Notes: a model not told the origin generated them from the sequence alone. Shown: positions 49,901 through 58,286, counted from the first letter of the stretch. The stretch is 63,755 nt of DNA from an uncultured Clostridia bacterium (GCA_944377465.1 CALWFA010000002.1:1-63755), one strand, 5' to 3'. Translations and numbers: made by a program.

Positions 49901-51734
49901 TCCAAACTATACTTCGTTCAATGTGACATATCGTATAAAATACAAGTATTTAGATCAAGAGACAGACTATATGTATGTGACTTATCGTGTGCACAATCCT
50001 GAGAATGTGACTTTGAATGATCAAAATTCATCTATTGATGTAGACGATTTATCTGACAATGTAATGCCACTCTTCTACTTCGAAGAAGTGTATGACACGA
50101 CTCATCAAACTAATTCAAGTGAGCAGACATTTACTATTAGACTGACTTATTCTAATGATGTCGGCTATAGGATAGTGCTTCGTGTAGGGGAAGACACTAC
50201 AGATTATGTATACAACGAGAATACGACATATTATGAGTCGAGCTCAGACTCGAATACATATTACATAATTGACGAGAATGCTAATGCGATATATTATTAC
50301 ACGAGTGACGCGGTCGCAGATACTTATACTATAGACAGTCATACAGTAAATACAAATATACCAGATGATGAGACATCACCAGAAAGCACGAAGAAGGCAC
50401 TATTCAATAGTGGGTATGACAATATCCATGCGTATGCAGAGTTTATCACCAATATTGATAGCGTTAGACTTAGTGACATGACTGGATATGCTGGAGATGT
50501 ATCGGAGATCTATTTCAGATTGACATATATTGATGATATTGGTGCATATGCTATTGGTCTAGAAGATGCTTATACGAATTCATCTTTGACTACAGGACAC
50601 TCTGGTGTGCTATTTGAGAATGAATTAATCGCAGATCTAGATGTGATGGCAGATGGTGGTAGTGCTGTCCATGTAGAAGGACACAATGGCACTAGCGGAT
50701 TTAGATTGACGACTGAGAATGCTATTACGCCAAATTCTAGTGTAAGACTCAGTGAAATGTTCTATCAAGGTCAGTTTAGTGTGCCTAGCTATTACAACAA
50801 TACTTCTATCATAGGTGTGGCTGATACATTATCTCAAACTACATCAGAAGGTTGGGTATCATCAGGATCTGCGAGTATCGGAGCTAGCTCGCTATGCACA
50901 ATATCTGTACAGACTAGCGCTACAGACACGATGGACTATTATCTCTATGAGATCACATACACTGATGATTCTACTACTAATGGTCTGTATTCATTGACTG
51001 CGACCTTCTATGCATTGCAGTCACCTACGACAGCTAATAGGATCATTGTGATGAATTATAGGGCTTATGGTGAGAGATTCTTCTTCAATATTCCATATAA
51101 CTATACTGACTCGACGCTAAATATGAATGAAGCGGTGTTAGTATATGAGAATAATGGAGCGGGAAGGCTTGAGCGTGATTACTTGACAGGATCTACAGTG
51201 GAATTAGCAGATCCATCAAGTGCGATTGCCTCATACATTACATACAATAACGCTAGCATCACTGCCACTAAGAGTAACTTACAGAGTTACAAAAACAGTC
51301 ATCCAACTGCGACAACACTAAGCGAGTACTTTACTGTGACGAATGGTAGCATTACGCTATACTTCTTAGTATCGTTTGCTTTGCCTGCTAGCCCATTTGT
51401 AGAGGCGACATATAGTGTGGATGCTGGTAATTATGCCATAAGACTAATGCAACCAGAAGATACGAGTACAAATTTCTTGTACATCTACAATTCTAGCAAT
51501 GTATTAGTTCCTCTCACAGCAGACAATGTAGGAAATACTAGCGTGCTGGAGAATGGCAGTAGCTATTTATTAAGTTATCAGAATGGATATATTACGCTCG
51601 ATAGTGCACTGGTGGACACTTATTTTAGTGAGAATCCTACTGCACTTAGACTAGTAATAGATTTCACTATGACCATTACTCATGATGTGACTAATAGTAG
51701 TACACTAAATTTCCAGATTGTCATAAATAAATAA
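40938..51734 (+). CDS. giant N-terminally anchored extracellular protein of unknown function (3598 aa)
   Basis: Uninterrupted 10.8-kb ORF with an SD-like AGGTAGGGG. N-terminal hydrophobic anchor MKKKIFAIIGIVLASVLVFAGAVFGIMALMG. Rich in N/T/S/Y/D/I and poor in Cys. No domain recognised by eye. Confidence 0.9.
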   Translation: MKKKIFAIIGIVLASVLVFAGAVFGIMALMGKFDEPEVYPVRLQFENNEQTIVYDSANPDFRYSFVLNGYSDSEYEVNRKNCYIYFEDGSNLITLYNADGVRLEANDHNRYLVECNEPIYYTVNEVTETDFADENYGRVVINARDEKDHVQSSNLLTIWIDREVKDVMLDYSNAIFNSTNDSQELTIGTNVNLDFIFTSDPIRSLDPISRESDGKIVELYFVGTQNNLESDYVLIDEDSINNEEVFSKYNYPIRYNEATNTYSFMSDIDGTYLFRIAVFPTFQAREDYLNSAYAGTDSNSERVNKMVNTLLTIRVVNSDISNVQMQPTSSAGVGLNLYSDNNYITLSGTTDIEGANNNNLDLRMYKDSETTTIRFNEVDFDISQSTNWQSNNIEFTSTSDTEYPKTINLDFSGNTASVRLTNFGTLDGEYNNISIAREDEDTCILTIAGIADSFTINLSTSSAPQINLDDRQLIHSISYANETLISSNGAAFIDYDGVTYGMQVLMSGSYLEFYTLSGSTLTKVSADQFDYEVSDPFGTAEQKSWNVIAKSMPNILETEDLVLGILVVNNSGGSIGNGIFFSSVNVRVNIQNLDTDYTNNDGSRTYNLGVTYDEENNYTAVYPELDFDDIITINSGTYDACVFLTPEQTVDEYRIDVIEGLVFVDANGNRYVLVGYFEDDHFVNQVRVRDMGANNVERTDKSPDTNIYLLQLRNGYQQTAGDYIDMIVANNQLDLGYLTSGSDGISRYEKLLGNLNNPEDVNVIADVVSSYLNSTEAITISINYQLVDEIEYTFDTDAYLTIYNNRIEVVEGTSDHHLTISSDITNMLRDIYNVGGFSLDSVRVYMYNAQGTRVEADNITINDITLTDDGDIRLSFNTNSATTDRYFKIALSYNGVEIVSDLPIYVMSTSATDVDFVIVGQDGEVSSVDLQSSSAEALNADTYFKVIIGYDAESRQYTYKYQFINGDNVVDISSDVFNSQSAQLENEETGFKVLPAYMDIYKNIDYSTIDSSIAHFTETNVEGVDIYDLLITESGSTVIEISTDAIRRYVKLVVEPETVEGENSFTFEKTSNVLGDNGVYTIRTSNQSINLNTYFTYSYGNTQISTNSSFIRLDSSSIDYTYFGGNKELTLVTEENGDFKFVTTDENEDVLTIASGANTWTITRNSYRYSALTIVLTLNTATNGSVELTIEFTSDTEINFNDEWTDYNYYQGTTALLYSVNDEVNDPIFIVNTTNTGNTITATLDSKPADSNAEISQDSTRYLITFDKVGNYTFSFSSNGSNIASFTLRVLPNVVGEFADSDINELISDETGRNISELITLKSYNTQGVVYGIDGLYTSDRLIDADSEKYQNVDFTSNAESSLLTKTNPTDATYNIGWITNLGESIVENITFTYTEDDMTINLISRDVTISNKYELIFDTTATDENGNQYYQDGVFTIMAQKVYNNFAHLNSAGSSLIINSFSMIWENGDSQIYFENIGVDQFSLKRFINQDYNEAEILFTFNVVGKGDLKYNTATNEDYTFRLMPYLPNETLMVLAYSERSFDLMLGVFDIFSLNNGYITSMLVSGVSDETFFDIVPEGSGYVSGNSDHRAMTTIQSLSGRNSVDVTVTYTISYSDGSTYDYEKVITIYNNQEILISYPFVDSVQQTGATTNNFVLLDTDSSAVDTRELDASNLNANFENTTSSGEQVYSIAINGEAYYEPVRMGQTIDFDYDSIYGLTRAELTRRTYGSDELDYTISLVGYQDRPNVRSYLSNIVIDNSEKTITFATDNSYGFTYGYYIFKLLSNGSGCVSYYFVYLYNQNNSPYSNVDANSQYKYDYVFTADDNIEILDGNELLGEALNSDIFSTYFNISSSINATTDIDFYLIGLDEMNEGEAKAQNSTDSTVVDLQDLLYHNIENYILQPCKNYTTLKIGLVYYVGTAQIFIGSIYVYIAPIYQEQIRLDSGLTPYSEYIDGNSIYNGEYKVDIQKSASTNEYENPFSGISTRADSTSVSGGTWTARIIGDTTGVIGLANNSTTLELQNYVLDEDLDFIVEYTYSFDDIDFVLYVHYTYKAVSLNVRQSISVGQFNSGDGSFNNTYGLKDLIGTTSTYEGEVTIATSGTGNSMTINLADNSLTGSNPISFGIGSLSFSNGNLVFSQTTQSYTSQFTITFNDLASSLGEVSYNVTVTVGSGLYYTFEGEGANANNRDLSEITAGDLYNQEIGSSISLVKSQTIANSTHYSIGGLDIYTNVDSELEFTFSEPEYIIDGDQSFTASDSIDFVHSASAHNITMTIRVKSGNNYFTANDNASSFTYYATIVQTYQNIVANYYVAGADHENVRSNETISDLHSNLFGSITANVTDVADTSDMNIINARRIALQIGVDNIITNFNYEAMGFDDQNNPNYIYMQGSNVSLSSSAGVYNVTFNPVEVNTPVYIDLNNKTGATTRYTYQVMSSTEYTDGLEINEQNTGLINSDMTQYISFVINDPSQNISLNYTNEDIATLMDGRNSVFYITDFTAYLNANTTALSSGNIQVSKSLDEENATTTYTFNIDIDPTTDVNNVTFTITLGAGRVFDISLSRGTNTSLFESLRLRMTMYGDSGNLITYGDADSTRSLEIVFFNYNISSTTSTTRDSIYATNSIYLDEEINIYSNTDTAEDKTNHLDTATLITGDMSTENVSTYYIGNNSAQAISSDDNNIFTYFLTTSTGKNVIQTKAVGETATVDLRFKIEISLAGNNYSLGIVEYNFYLQPNYKFVINNEAVTNIDNEVTTNYILTNKITDTYSNDLDYYEDLTDTYDSNGTNISNVFYHFDLNLQLRTADDDIQITDNNFRIEIEGSQWGSDYVEILNNNTIHFKRDFTGELVLSVKVDRGVNGVYEMIWIINVRGYINLSYKTGSNGQNAIYSNNSPGGYASYSTVNTVGISSALDSTGILSSNTFTALNGVSLLPAGQIEITVDYAINEYSNTIDVTSITNFASMSTEEMENLDDYENTLTLQLPSVEQSAGPNYTSFNVTYRIKYKYLDQETDYMYVTYRVHNPENVTLNDQNSSIDVDDLSDNVMPLFYFEEVYDTTHQTNSSEQTFTIRLTYSNDVGYRIVLRVGEDTTDYVYNENTTYYESSSDSNTYYIIDENANAIYYYTSDAVADTYTIDSHTVNTNIPDDETSPESTKKALFNSGYDNIHAYAEFITNIDSVRLSDMTGYAGDVSEIYFRLTYIDDIGAYAIGLEDAYTNSSLTTGHSGVLFENELIADLDVMADGGSAVHVEGHNGTSGFRLTTENAITPNSSVRLSEMFYQGQFSVPSYYNNTSIIGVADTLSQTTSEGWVSSGSASIGASSLCTISVQTSATDTMDYYLYEITYTDDSTTNGLYSLTATFYALQSPTTANRIIVMNYRAYGERFFFNIPYNYTDSTLNMNEAVLVYENNGAGRLERDYLTGSTVELADPSSAIASYITYNNASITATKSNLQSYKNSHPTATTLSEYFTVTNGSITLYFLVSFALPASPFVEATYSVDAGNYAIRLMQPEDTSTNFLYIYNSSNVLVPLTADNVGNTSVLENGSSYLLSYQNGYITLDSALVDTYFSENPTALRLVIDFTMTITHDVTNSSTLNFQIVINK

Positions 51735-51745
51735 CCAAGCGATGA

Positions 51746-51776
51746 AAAGAGCAATTATTTTCGATTGCTCTTTTTC
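51746..51776 (+). terminator. intrinsic terminator after the giant gene
   Basis: AAAGAGCAAT-N8-ATTGCTCTTT hairpin followed by a T-run. Confidence 0.75.
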
Positions 51777-51883
51777 TATTAAAAATTTTTTTCATATAAA
51801 AGGCGATTTTTGTCAAAAAAACGAGTAAAATATGCAATTTTTCTTTTTATGACAAAATATTAGCTTCAATATATTTGAAATCG

Positions 51884-51912
51884 TTGACAAAACCTATTTT
51901 GATTATTAAAAT
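51884..51912 (+). promoter_or_regulatory. sigma-70-type promoter of the sepF operon
   Basis: TTGACA (51884-51889), 17 nt, TAAAAT (51907-51912). Confidence 0.55.
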
Positions 51913-51929
51913 GATAATAAGAGGTGAGT

Positions 51930-52172
51930 ATGGCGTTGTCTAAAGAAGAGTTTGAAGAAAAGTGTATGGATGTTATCGAAAAGATTGTAGGTACAGACAT
52001 TCACTGGGATAGAGCTAAGGCTATAGAGGTGTCTCAGAAAATGGTAGAAAAAGCGAAAGCAAAGACTTCGAATCAAGAAGTAATCTCGATATATGAGCGT
52101 GTGGTGAAAGAGTTTAAGATCGCTACAGACGCAGAATACAATCTACTTAAAAAGCAAATCTTTGGTTCATAG
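51930..52172 (+). CDS. hypothetical small helical protein (80 aa)
   Basis: ATG 51930 follows SD AAGAGG; the ORF-track start is GTG 51924. No family recognised. Confidence 0.5.
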   Translation: MALSKEEFEEKCMDVIEKIVGTDIHWDRAKAIEVSQKMVEKAKAKTSNQEVISIYERVVKEFKIATDAEYNLLKKQIFGS

Positions 52173-52180
52173 GTGACAGC

Positions 52181-52624
52181 ATGGGTTTTTTTGATTGGGT
52201 TATGAAAGGCTTGGGCTTCGAAGACAAGGGGAAGAAAGACAAGTCAAAGACCAAGACTGAAGTACAAGATGATAAATATGCAGATTTCAATCTTCACGAG
52301 CGAGTGGCGGGCGAGACTAATTCGATCAGTAGCATGCAGACGGCTAATTTTTCTAGTTTTGGCTTGCAGGCAGAATCTAATATAATCATGGTAGAGCCTA
52401 AGACTCATAAAGAGATACAGCAAGTGGTCGATTATCTAAAGCAGGGTCAGTCAATAGCTGTAAATCTCGAAGCAATAGCAGATTCGGATAGAATGCGCAT
52501 ATTAGATTTTTTGTCTGGTGCGATATATGGACTGAATGGTAGTATTCACCGCTGGCATGGTGATCTGTTTTTATTGACGCCAGAGGGGCATAAAATACTA
52601 AAGCCAGATGATACAGCAAAATAA
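52181..52624 (+). CDS. sepF: cell division protein SepF
   Basis: 147 aa. The conserved C-terminal domain is IIMVEPKTHKEIQQVVDYLKQGQSIAVNLEAIADSDRMRILDFLSGAIYGLNGSIHRWHGDLFLLTP. Confidence 0.85.
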   Translation: MGFFDWVMKGLGFEDKGKKDKSKTKTEVQDDKYADFNLHERVAGETNSISSMQTANFSSFGLQAESNIIMVEPKTHKEIQQVVDYLKQGQSIAVNLEAIADSDRMRILDFLSGAIYGLNGSIHRWHGDLFLLTPEGHKILKPDDTAK

Positions 52625-52633
52625 TCTTTAAGA

Positions 52634-53110
52634 ATGAAAAAATGGTTTATTATATCAGTCACTATAATATCTGTGTTGGTAATCGATTTGATTACCAAAC
52701 ATTTTTTATTTGCGATAGACTATTTTAATCTCATACCGAATGTGATATCTATTGCTAGCAATGGCGGAAATACAGGCGCGGCTTTTGGAATATTTAGTGA
52801 CAATACCATTCTATTGATCGTCGTCAGCATCATAATGATAGTGGTGCTATTTATATTCAATTATTTTGCGAAAGAGAGATCCGCTTTCTATTGCATCGCT
52901 TTTGGCTTCATCGTGGGTGGAGCATGTGGCAATTTAATAGACAGGGTATTCCTTGGCTATGTGAGAGATTTTATATACCTTGACTTCTGGCCGAGCTTCC
53001 CAGTCTTTAATTTTGCTGATAGTTTTCTCACTATAGGCGCGGTATTGATGGCGATATATATAATATTTTTCATGGGGAAAAATCGTGATAAAGGGAAAAT
53101 AGAAAATTGA
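52634..53110 (+). CDS. lspA: lipoprotein signal peptidase II
   Basis: 158 aa. Motifs NTGAAFG, GGACGNLIDR and FPVFNFADSFLTIGAVLM. Confidence 0.92.
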   Translation: MKKWFIISVTIISVLVIDLITKHFLFAIDYFNLIPNVISIASNGGNTGAAFGIFSDNTILLIVVSIIMIVVLFIFNYFAKERSAFYCIAFGFIVGGACGNLIDRVFLGYVRDFIYLDFWPSFPVFNFADSFLTIGAVLMAIYIIFFMGKNRDKGKIEN

Positions 53111-54009
53111 GAGAATTTGTGTACGAACTAAATACCGAGATGCGCTTAGATGTATATTTATCTCAAGTGACCGATTTTTCTCGCAGTTACATAAAGCGAT
53201 TAAACGATGAAGGCAGTATATTGGTAAATGGTCGTCAGGTCAAGGCGGGCGAAAGTCTAGCACAAGGCGATCGCATTACTATAGAAGCAAAGGACATAGA
53301 GCCTATAGACGCCAGTCCAGAGAATATTCCATTAGATATAGTCTACGAAGATGATGATTTGCTAGTCATTAACAAACAGCCTGGGTTAGTCGTCCATCCG
53401 TGTGCTACGACCAAATCGCATACATTAGTGAATGCTCTAATGTATCATATCAAAAACCTATCCAGCATCAATGGCAAGTTGCGCCCAGGCATAGTACATA
53501 GGTTGGATAAAGATACAGGCGGGCTAATGCTGGTAGCAAAAACCGATAATGCACATAGATCACTCAGCGAGCAATTAAAAGACAAGACGCTCAATCGAGA
53601 ATATAAGGCTCTCATCAAAGGCAGGCTGAAAGAAGACTTTGTAGTCGAAGGGTTCCTTTCGCGCAATCCTAAAAATAGAGAACAGATGATCCTTACTCAA
53701 AATTCTACAGGCAAATATAGTAAAACTATCTTTTCTGTAGACAAAGTATTTGATCATTATACCTTGCTTAATTGTAGACTGACTACTGGTAGAACACACC
53801 AGATACGCGCGCATTTAAAATCTATCAATCATCCGATAGTAGGAGACAAATTGTACGGCGGAGCAGACAAGAGCATAAAGACGAGCGGACAACTACTCTT
53901 TGCATATAAGATCAATTTCATCCACCCAAAGACTAATCAAAAGATGCAGTTTGAAGTGGACTTACCCGACTATTTTCAAGCAATACTAGATAGACTAGCG
54001 CAAGATTGA
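53107..54009 (+). CDS. rluD: RluA-family 23S rRNA pseudouridine synthase (RluD-like)
   Basis: 300 aa. N-terminal S4 domain and catalytic HRLDKDTGG plus RTHQIRAH motifs. The TTG start overlaps the lspA stop; the exact start is uncertain. Confidence 0.9.
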   Translation: MREFVYELNTEMRLDVYLSQVTDFSRSYIKRLNDEGSILVNGRQVKAGESLAQGDRITIEAKDIEPIDASPENIPLDIVYEDDDLLVINKQPGLVVHPCATTKSHTLVNALMYHIKNLSSINGKLRPGIVHRLDKDTGGLMLVAKTDNAHRSLSEQLKDKTLNREYKALIKGRLKEDFVVEGFLSRNPKNREQMILTQNSTGKYSKTIFSVDKVFDHYTLLNCRLTTGRTHQIRAHLKSINHPIVGDKLYGGADKSIKTSGQLLFAYKINFIHPKTNQKMQFEVDLPDYFQAILDRLAQD

Positions 54010-54083
54010 TTATAATTGTATTCGAGTAAAATAATCAATTATGTCATTTAATTATGAAAAAAATGGAAAATAATGAAAATTGT

Positions 54084-54112
54084 TTGTATTTTTAGGACAC
54101 TTTTGATATAAT
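54084..54112 (+). promoter_or_regulatory. sigma-70-type promoter
   Basis: TTGTAT (54084-54089), 17 nt, extended -10 TGaTATAAT (54104-54112). Confidence 0.5.
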
Positions 54113-54131
54113 ATTACTATATGGAGGCTGT

Positions 54132-54398
54132 ATGAAAGGTAATGGTTTTGTGAATTTCTTGGCATATCTAGCGATTATGCTCATCGCTATTGCGCTGATA
54201 GTACAATATATCTTGTCCGCTTTTTCTGTAAGCTCTACAGTAGTGACAGCTATGAGTACGATAGCACAGTTTATTGCGTATGCTATTGCAGCAGTGTTTG
54301 CTTTCTATTATGCAAAATCGAGAAGAAATATCGGCTTTATGATAGCATATGTCATCGCTGTCATCCTGATAGTCGTATTCTTGTTCTTGAATTTCTAA
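54132..54398 (+). CDS. small integral membrane protein (88 aa, ~3 TM)
   Basis: SD GGAGG. Almost entirely hydrophobic helices. No family recognised. Confidence 0.6.
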   Translation: MKGNGFVNFLAYLAIMLIAIALIVQYILSAFSVSSTVVTAMSTIAQFIAYAIAAVFAFYYAKSRRNIGFMIAYVIAVILIVVFLFLNF

Positions 54399-54399
54399 G

Positions 54400-54744
54400 A
54401 TGAAGATCAAATTAAATTTATGGCTCACCATTTCTTTGGTGAGTTTATTTATAAGTGTATTATTATTGATTTTAGGCAATCAAAATAAGTATTGTCAGTT
54501 TTTTTCCCTCATTTTACTAGCAGTCGCGATAGTCTCACTGTGCCAGTATAGAGTGAAAGCCATTGATAAATTGAGACGAGAGATAGACGATACGCTAAAT
54601 TATGAGCTCGAAGTGGACGATGAGGAGTTTTTGCCACTTAGCAAGGATTATGTAGATCTAAAAAAGAAGAAAATAAAAATCAACATTTTTGCTTATCTTT
54701 TTGCACTTCTTCTGCTTATAGCAGGAATATTTTGTTTATTTTGA
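54400..54744 (+). CDS. hypothetical membrane protein (114 aa)
   Basis: Starts 1 nt after the upstream stop (translational coupling). Two N-terminal TM helices and one C-terminal TM helix flank a charged helix. Confidence 0.5.
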   Translation: MKIKLNLWLTISLVSLFISVLLLILGNQNKYCQFFSLILLAVAIVSLCQYRVKAIDKLRREIDDTLNYELEVDDEEFLPLSKDYVDLKKKKIKINIFAYLFALLLLIAGIFCLF

Positions 54745-54773
54745 TTGATTTTATTTTACTAATATGATAAAAT
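54745..54773 (+). promoter_or_regulatory. sigma-70-type promoter of tig
   Basis: TTGATT (54745-54750), 17 nt, extended -10 TGaTAAAAT (54765-54773). Confidence 0.5.
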
Positions 54774-54805
54774 ACACGAGTTTAAGGGGATTATAAGGAG
54801 AGAAA

Positions 54806-56089
54806 ATGAAATACAATGTTGAGAAAAAAGAAAAAGGAATCTATGAAGTCACTGTTAGTCTGGACCAAAAAGAGTGGGACGCTAGCTTAAACACTGCATA
54901 CGAGAGGAATAAGGGTAAGTATACAGTACCTGGATTCAGAAAGGGACATGCCCCACGCAATGTCATAGAGAAGTCATATGGCGCTGGTGCATTCGTAAAT
55001 GAAGCATTAGATGAAGTATATTATTCTGCATATACTCAAGTCCTAAGAGAGCATGAAGATATCCAGCCTATAGACTCACCTAGACTAGATATCAAGAAAT
55101 TGGACAACACTGGTATAGAGCTTTTGTTGACCATTCAGTGCGTGCCAGAATTCACTCTAGCTCCGTACAAAGGTCTGACTTTCGAAAAGAAGAAAGTGCG
55201 TGTGACCGAGAAAGAAGTAAACGAAGCTATAGACAAAGAGCTTCTCCGTGCTTCTAGATTAGTCGAGACTAAGCAACCTGTGAAGACAGACGATTTCGTT
55301 ACACTTGATTTCGAAGGTTTCATCGATGGCAAGCCATTCGATGGTGGTAAGGCTGAGAACTATCAGCTTAAGATTGGTAGCAAGTCATTTATCGACAATT
55401 TCGAAGATCAGTTGATAGGAATGAATATAGGCGACAAGAAAGATGTCATCGTCACATTCCCTGCAGATTATCATGTAGAATCACTAGCAGGTAAGATAGC
55501 TACATTCAAAGTGGAGATCAAGAATATTCGTGAGCGCATTATGCCTAAATTGGACGAAGAGTTTGTAGCAAATTCTACTGAGTTTGACACAGTAGATGCC
55601 TACAAGGCAGATATCAAGGCTAGACTCAAGAAAGAGCAGGAAGAAGCGAACGAATTCGAACTTGACAATAAGATCTTAGATTCGATCATCGATTCTACTG
55701 AGCTCACTCCGCCAGAAGTAATGGTAGAAGAGGAATTCAATCGTCAATATACGGGCTTTGAAAATCAATTAAAGTATCAGGGTCTAAAGATCGACGATTA
55801 TCTAAAATATATCGGAAAGTCATCTGATGATTTTACGGCAGAGATTAGGACCAATTCAGCTAGAAATGTAAAGGGTAGACTAGTGTTAGAAAAGCTTATC
55901 CGTGATGAGCACCTTGACAATATCGAGAAAGATATCGACGAAAGACTCGAAGAAATGGCAAAAAATACTGGTAAAACGCTGGAAGAATACAAAAAGAATG
56001 TCAATAATGATATGATAAATCATATTGCAAATGAGATTCTAATGAAAAAATTGACAACTTTCTTGCGTGAAAATAACGAAATAAAATAA
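54806..56089 (+). CDS. tig: trigger factor
   Basis: 427 aa. Ribosome-binding signature GFRKGHAP, a central FKBP-type PPIase region, and the usual position upstream of clpP-clpX. Confidence 0.95.
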   Translation: MKYNVEKKEKGIYEVTVSLDQKEWDASLNTAYERNKGKYTVPGFRKGHAPRNVIEKSYGAGAFVNEALDEVYYSAYTQVLREHEDIQPIDSPRLDIKKLDNTGIELLLTIQCVPEFTLAPYKGLTFEKKKVRVTEKEVNEAIDKELLRASRLVETKQPVKTDDFVTLDFEGFIDGKPFDGGKAENYQLKIGSKSFIDNFEDQLIGMNIGDKKDVIVTFPADYHVESLAGKIATFKVEIKNIRERIMPKLDEEFVANSTEFDTVDAYKADIKARLKKEQEEANEFELDNKILDSIIDSTELTPPEVMVEEEFNRQYTGFENQLKYQGLKIDDYLKYIGKSSDDFTAEIRTNSARNVKGRLVLEKLIRDEHLDNIEKDIDERLEEMAKNTGKTLEEYKKNVNNDMINHIANEILMKKLTTFLRENNEIK

Positions 56090-56157
56090 TATTAGATATT
56101 TTGTCGTTTGATAATAATTTAAAATAAATATCAAATAAATATAAAGGAGAGTAAGTT

Positions 56158-56739
56158 ATGATTCCTATGGTAATCGACCAAGTCGGCAATGTAGAACGCA
56201 GTTATGACATATATTCTCGTCTATTAGAGGATAGAATAGTATTCCTTTCAGGTGAGATAGATGACAACACTGCGAACACTGTGGTGGCACAGCTTCTATA
56301 TCTAGAAGGTAAAAATCCTGATAAAGATATATATATGTATATCAATAGCCCAGGTGGCAGCGTGACTGCAGGACTTGCTATATACGACACTATGCAGTAT
56401 GTAAAATGCGATATTTCTACTATATGTATAGGTATGGCGGCTAGTATGGCAGCAGTGATTTTGTCGAGCGGTACTAAAGGTAAGAGAATCTGCTTGCCCC
56501 ACAGCGAAGTGATGATACATCAGCCTTTAGGTGGCACGCAAGGACAAGCTACCGACATTGAGATACATGCTCGCCATATTCAGAAGACGAGAGAGACTTT
56601 AAATAAAATTTTGTCAGACAATACAGGTAAGGACATGGCTACTATTACAAAAGACACAGATAGAGACAATTTCCTTGATGCTAAGCAGGCTTTGAAATAC
56701 GGTTTGATTGATAAAATTTATGAAAAACGCAAAAACTAA
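56158..56739 (+). CDS. clpP: ATP-dependent Clp protease proteolytic subunit
   Basis: 193 aa. Canonical [11 protein letters not shown], catalytic Ser context GMAASMAA and His context MIHQPLGG. Confidence 0.97.
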   Translation: MIPMVIDQVGNVERSYDIYSRLLEDRIVFLSGEIDDNTANTVVAQLLYLEGKNPDKDIYMYINSPGGSVTAGLAIYDTMQYVKCDISTICIGMAASMAAVILSSGTKGKRICLPHSEVMIHQPLGGTQGQATDIEIHARHIQKTRETLNKILSDNTGKDMATITKDTDRDNFLDAKQALKYGLIDKIYEKRKN

Positions 56740-56747
56740 TACCAATG

Positions 56748-56773
56748 AAATACAGACGCTCTGTCTGTATTTT
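56748..56773 (+). terminator. hairpin between clpP and clpX (possible partial terminator)
   Basis: AAATACAGAC-N5-GTCTGTATTT, a perfect 10-bp stem. The U-tract is short and partly inside the stem. Confidence 0.4.
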
Positions 56774-56789
56774 ATAAATAAAGGAGAGT

Positions 56790-58067
56790 ATGAAAGAGAT
56801 AGAAACTATATGTTCATTTTGTGGTAGACCAGCTCGTGAGCTGACAGACATTATTAGCAATCCAGAAGGCGATTGCTTCATCTGTAAAGATTGTATCAAT
56901 ATCTGTAAAGATTTGATTGATTTCAATGCACGCACAAAAAATAATGATAGAAATGATTTCATCGAACTGATGAAACCACAGGAAATCAAGCAAAAACTTG
57001 ATGAGTTTATCATCGGTCAAGACGAAGTAAAAAAGATGCTGGCAGTGTCTGTTTATAATCATTATAAGCGAATCAATTATAATCTAATAAAGCGCGAAAA
57101 TTCACAAGACGAGGTAGAGCTCGAGAAGTCAAACATATTGCTAGTAGGACCTACAGGCAGTGGCAAGACTTTGCTAGCAAAGACTCTAGCAAAGACATTG
57201 AAAGTACCTTTTGCGTCCAGCGATGCTACCGCGCTCACAGAGGCTGGCTATGTGGGGGATGATGTAGAGAATATTCTACTGAAACTCATTCAAAACGCAG
57301 ACTATGATATCGCGCGTGCACAGCGAGGGATCGTCTATATAGATGAGATAGACAAGATCGCTAGAAAGACTCAAAATGTGTCGATCACGCGTGATGTGAG
57401 CGGAGAAGGAGTACAGCAAGCTTTGTTGAAAATATTGGAGGGAACTATTGCATCTGTGCCTCCACAGGGTGGACGAAAGCATCCACAGCAAGAGAGTATT
57501 AAGATAGACACTACCAATATCCTCTTTATTTGTGGCGGTGCATTCGTCGGATTAGACAAGATCATAAGCGAGCGTACCGGTGCGACATCACTTGGGTTTG
57601 GCGCCTCGGTGAAGAAACAAGAGGTGGAAGAATCTCTAAACAAATTCGAGAATATCCAACCGCAAGATTTGATCAAATATGGTATGATACCAGAGTTCGT
57701 AGGTCGTTTGCCTATAGTGGCTACGCTAGATAGTCTAGATGAGCATGCTTTGGAGCGTATCTTAGTAGAGCCGAAGAATGCTATTACTAAGCAGTATATC
57801 CAGCTTTTCAAAATGGATGGTATCGATCTATCCTTTGAGCCAGAGGCTATCACGGCAGTAGCTCAAAAGGCTATAGAATTAAAGACGGGAGCGAGAGGCT
57901 TGCGCACGATTCTAGAGGAGCGAATGCTGGATGTGATGTATAGCTGTCATTTCGAAGAAAATATAAAGCAAATTACCATAACCGCAGATTTCATCAATAA
58001 AAAGAGCAAAGCAAAGATAATTAAATTTAGAGACACTAAATTAAAAGAGAAAAAGAAAACGGCGTAA
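56790..58067 (+). CDS. clpX: ATP-dependent Clp protease ATP-binding subunit ClpX
   Basis: 425 aa. N-terminal C4 zinc finger (CSFCGRP...CFICKDC), Walker A GPTGSGKT and Walker B YIDEIDK. Confidence 0.97.
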   Translation: MKEIETICSFCGRPARELTDIISNPEGDCFICKDCINICKDLIDFNARTKNNDRNDFIELMKPQEIKQKLDEFIIGQDEVKKMLAVSVYNHYKRINYNLIKRENSQDEVELEKSNILLVGPTGSGKTLLAKTLAKTLKVPFASSDATALTEAGYVGDDVENILLKLIQNADYDIARAQRGIVYIDEIDKIARKTQNVSITRDVSGEGVQQALLKILEGTIASVPPQGGRKHPQQESIKIDTTNILFICGGAFVGLDKIISERTGATSLGFGASVKKQEVEESLNKFENIQPQDLIKYGMIPEFVGRLPIVATLDSLDEHALERILVEPKNAITKQYIQLFKMDGIDLSFEPEAITAVAQKAIELKTGARGLRTILEERMLDVMYSCHFEENIKQITITADFINKKSKAKIIKFRDTKLKEKKKTA

Positions 58068-58085
58068 AAGGCTGTTTTCTTTTTT
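58054..58085 (+). terminator. intrinsic terminator after clpX
   Basis: AGAAAACGGC-N7-GCTGTTTTCT hairpin (one G-U pair) with the stop codon in the loop, followed by a T-run. Confidence 0.7.
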
Positions 58086-58239
58086 CTCGAAAAATTTCTT
58101 CTTTGTCATCTATTAAGCCTTTAAGAATAAAAATATCGGCGAAAAATCGGCTATTTTATGTACGATTTCTTGTGATATATACTAATAACACAATATTTAT
58201 ATCAAAATATATAATAATAAGACTATATTATTATATTTA

Positions 58240-58268
58240 TTGACAATGCAATAAATTTATGATAATAT
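58240..58268 (+). promoter_or_regulatory. sigma-70-type promoter
   Basis: TTGACA (58240-58245), 17 nt, extended -10 TGaTAATAT (58260-58268). Confidence 0.55.
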
Positions 58269-58286
58269 TCCAAATAAGGAGAAATT

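Noticed and set aside
56090-56157. An expected CtsR operator (tandem GGTCAAA heptads) upstream of clpP.
   Set aside because: It is not present in the 68-nt tig-clpP spacer. clpP may be co-transcribed with tig. I report this only as an absence.
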